Under the pieces are notes generated by a model. The model made no database searches, was not told the origin of the DNA, and worked only from the letters and a program-made list of their open reading frames with translations. Of a DNA stretch of 64,000 nucleotides, positions 63,604 through 64,000 are shown piece after piece. The DNA comes from Prochlorococcus sp. AG-363-B05 (GTDB taxonomy: Bacteria > Cyanobacteriota > Cyanobacteriia > PCC-6307 > Cyanobiaceae), in NCBI GenBank assembly GCA_003278445.1, contig QCFD01000003.1, positions 1,228-65,227 on the forward strand, read 5' to 3'. The translations under genes were made by a program, and so were the position numbers. Positions within the stretch are counted from its first letter, which is position 1; each line of letters starts with the position of its first letter.

Positions 63604-64000
63604 AAAATTGAATAGTAGTTTCTACTTGATTATTATTAGATGTAAATTCTAATATATTTTCATATTTATTCCAGTTAGCCGTATCAGAAAGAACTTCTAT
63701 TTTATATTGCTCTTTTCCTTCTGTGTTAAATACAGTCCTTTGTAAAATATTTTCATTTATTATTAGTTGATTTAAACTGATATTGTAAGAACCACTTAAT
63801 GAATATATCTTTGTATTATCAAAATTAATATCAAGTGGACTGTTTAAATTAATATTTGAAGAATTAAGATCCCATATAAAGGAATCTGTATGAACATTAT
63901 ATTTTTTATTATCAAGCATAGAAATATTAACATTATTGAATACTCTAATTAAATTACTAGAGTTATTCAATGTAGAATTGCCAGATCTTACTTGAACATC
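63593..64000 (-). CDS. LptC-like LPS export periplasmic protein, C-terminal part (runs off the window)
   Basis: Beta-jellyroll-like repeats (TDSFIWD, SDTANWN); synteny with the CCB gene is an inference. Confidence 0.6.
   Translation of the reverse strand, partial: DVQVRSGNSTLNNSSNLIRVFNNVNISMLDNKKYNVHTDSFIWDLNSSNINLNSPLDINFDNTKIYSLSGSYNISLNQLIINENILQRTVFNTEGKEQYKIEVLSDTANWNKYENILEFTSNNNQVETTIQFFKY

Noticed and set aside
1-64000. CRISPR array, IS element, prophage or tycheposon hallmark genes
   Set aside because: I saw no regularly spaced repeats, terminal inverted repeats, transposase, integrase or phage structural motifs.

Overview
This is an AT-rich chromosome segment from a marine picocyanobacterium, almost certainly Prochlorococcus. 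A low-light NATL-like (LLI) lineage is my inference from gene content and style. The window has four zones. (1) About 1-23,400 is a hypervariable island with many small ORFs, decayed remnants and accessory genes: a stand-alone ligase adenylation domain, cyAbrB, DUF2130, a K+ channel, two Nif11-like peptides, peptidase E, a fatty acid desaturase, NmrA and PetP. (2) 23,448-57,800 is a conserved core block: tpiA, folP, chlH, dapB, apt, mfd, fmt, tldD/pmbA, ubiX, an RNase R-like gene, a UPF0016 pair, psb30, recJ, rpmF, ftsH, a peroxiredoxin and tRNA-Met. (3) About 57,800-61,790 is a second AT-rich mini-island of microproteins. (4) Core genes resume to the end (trmL, cobU, a CCB factor, lptC). The most notable observation is a dispersed family of about 55-75 aa helical microproteins with an I-x3-C-x2-L-x5-C-x4-[VI]-x2-[LM]L motif. 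It has 4 clear members, 1 Cys-less member and 1 possible pseudogene, and members often sit next to a co-oriented single-pass membrane protein gene. There are also several further microprotein paralog sets missed by the ORF track, and intact genes whose catalytic motifs are lost (FtsH HEXXH, RNase R DxxD/DD, ligase motifs, K+ channel GFG). I saw no CRISPR array, transposase or integrase.
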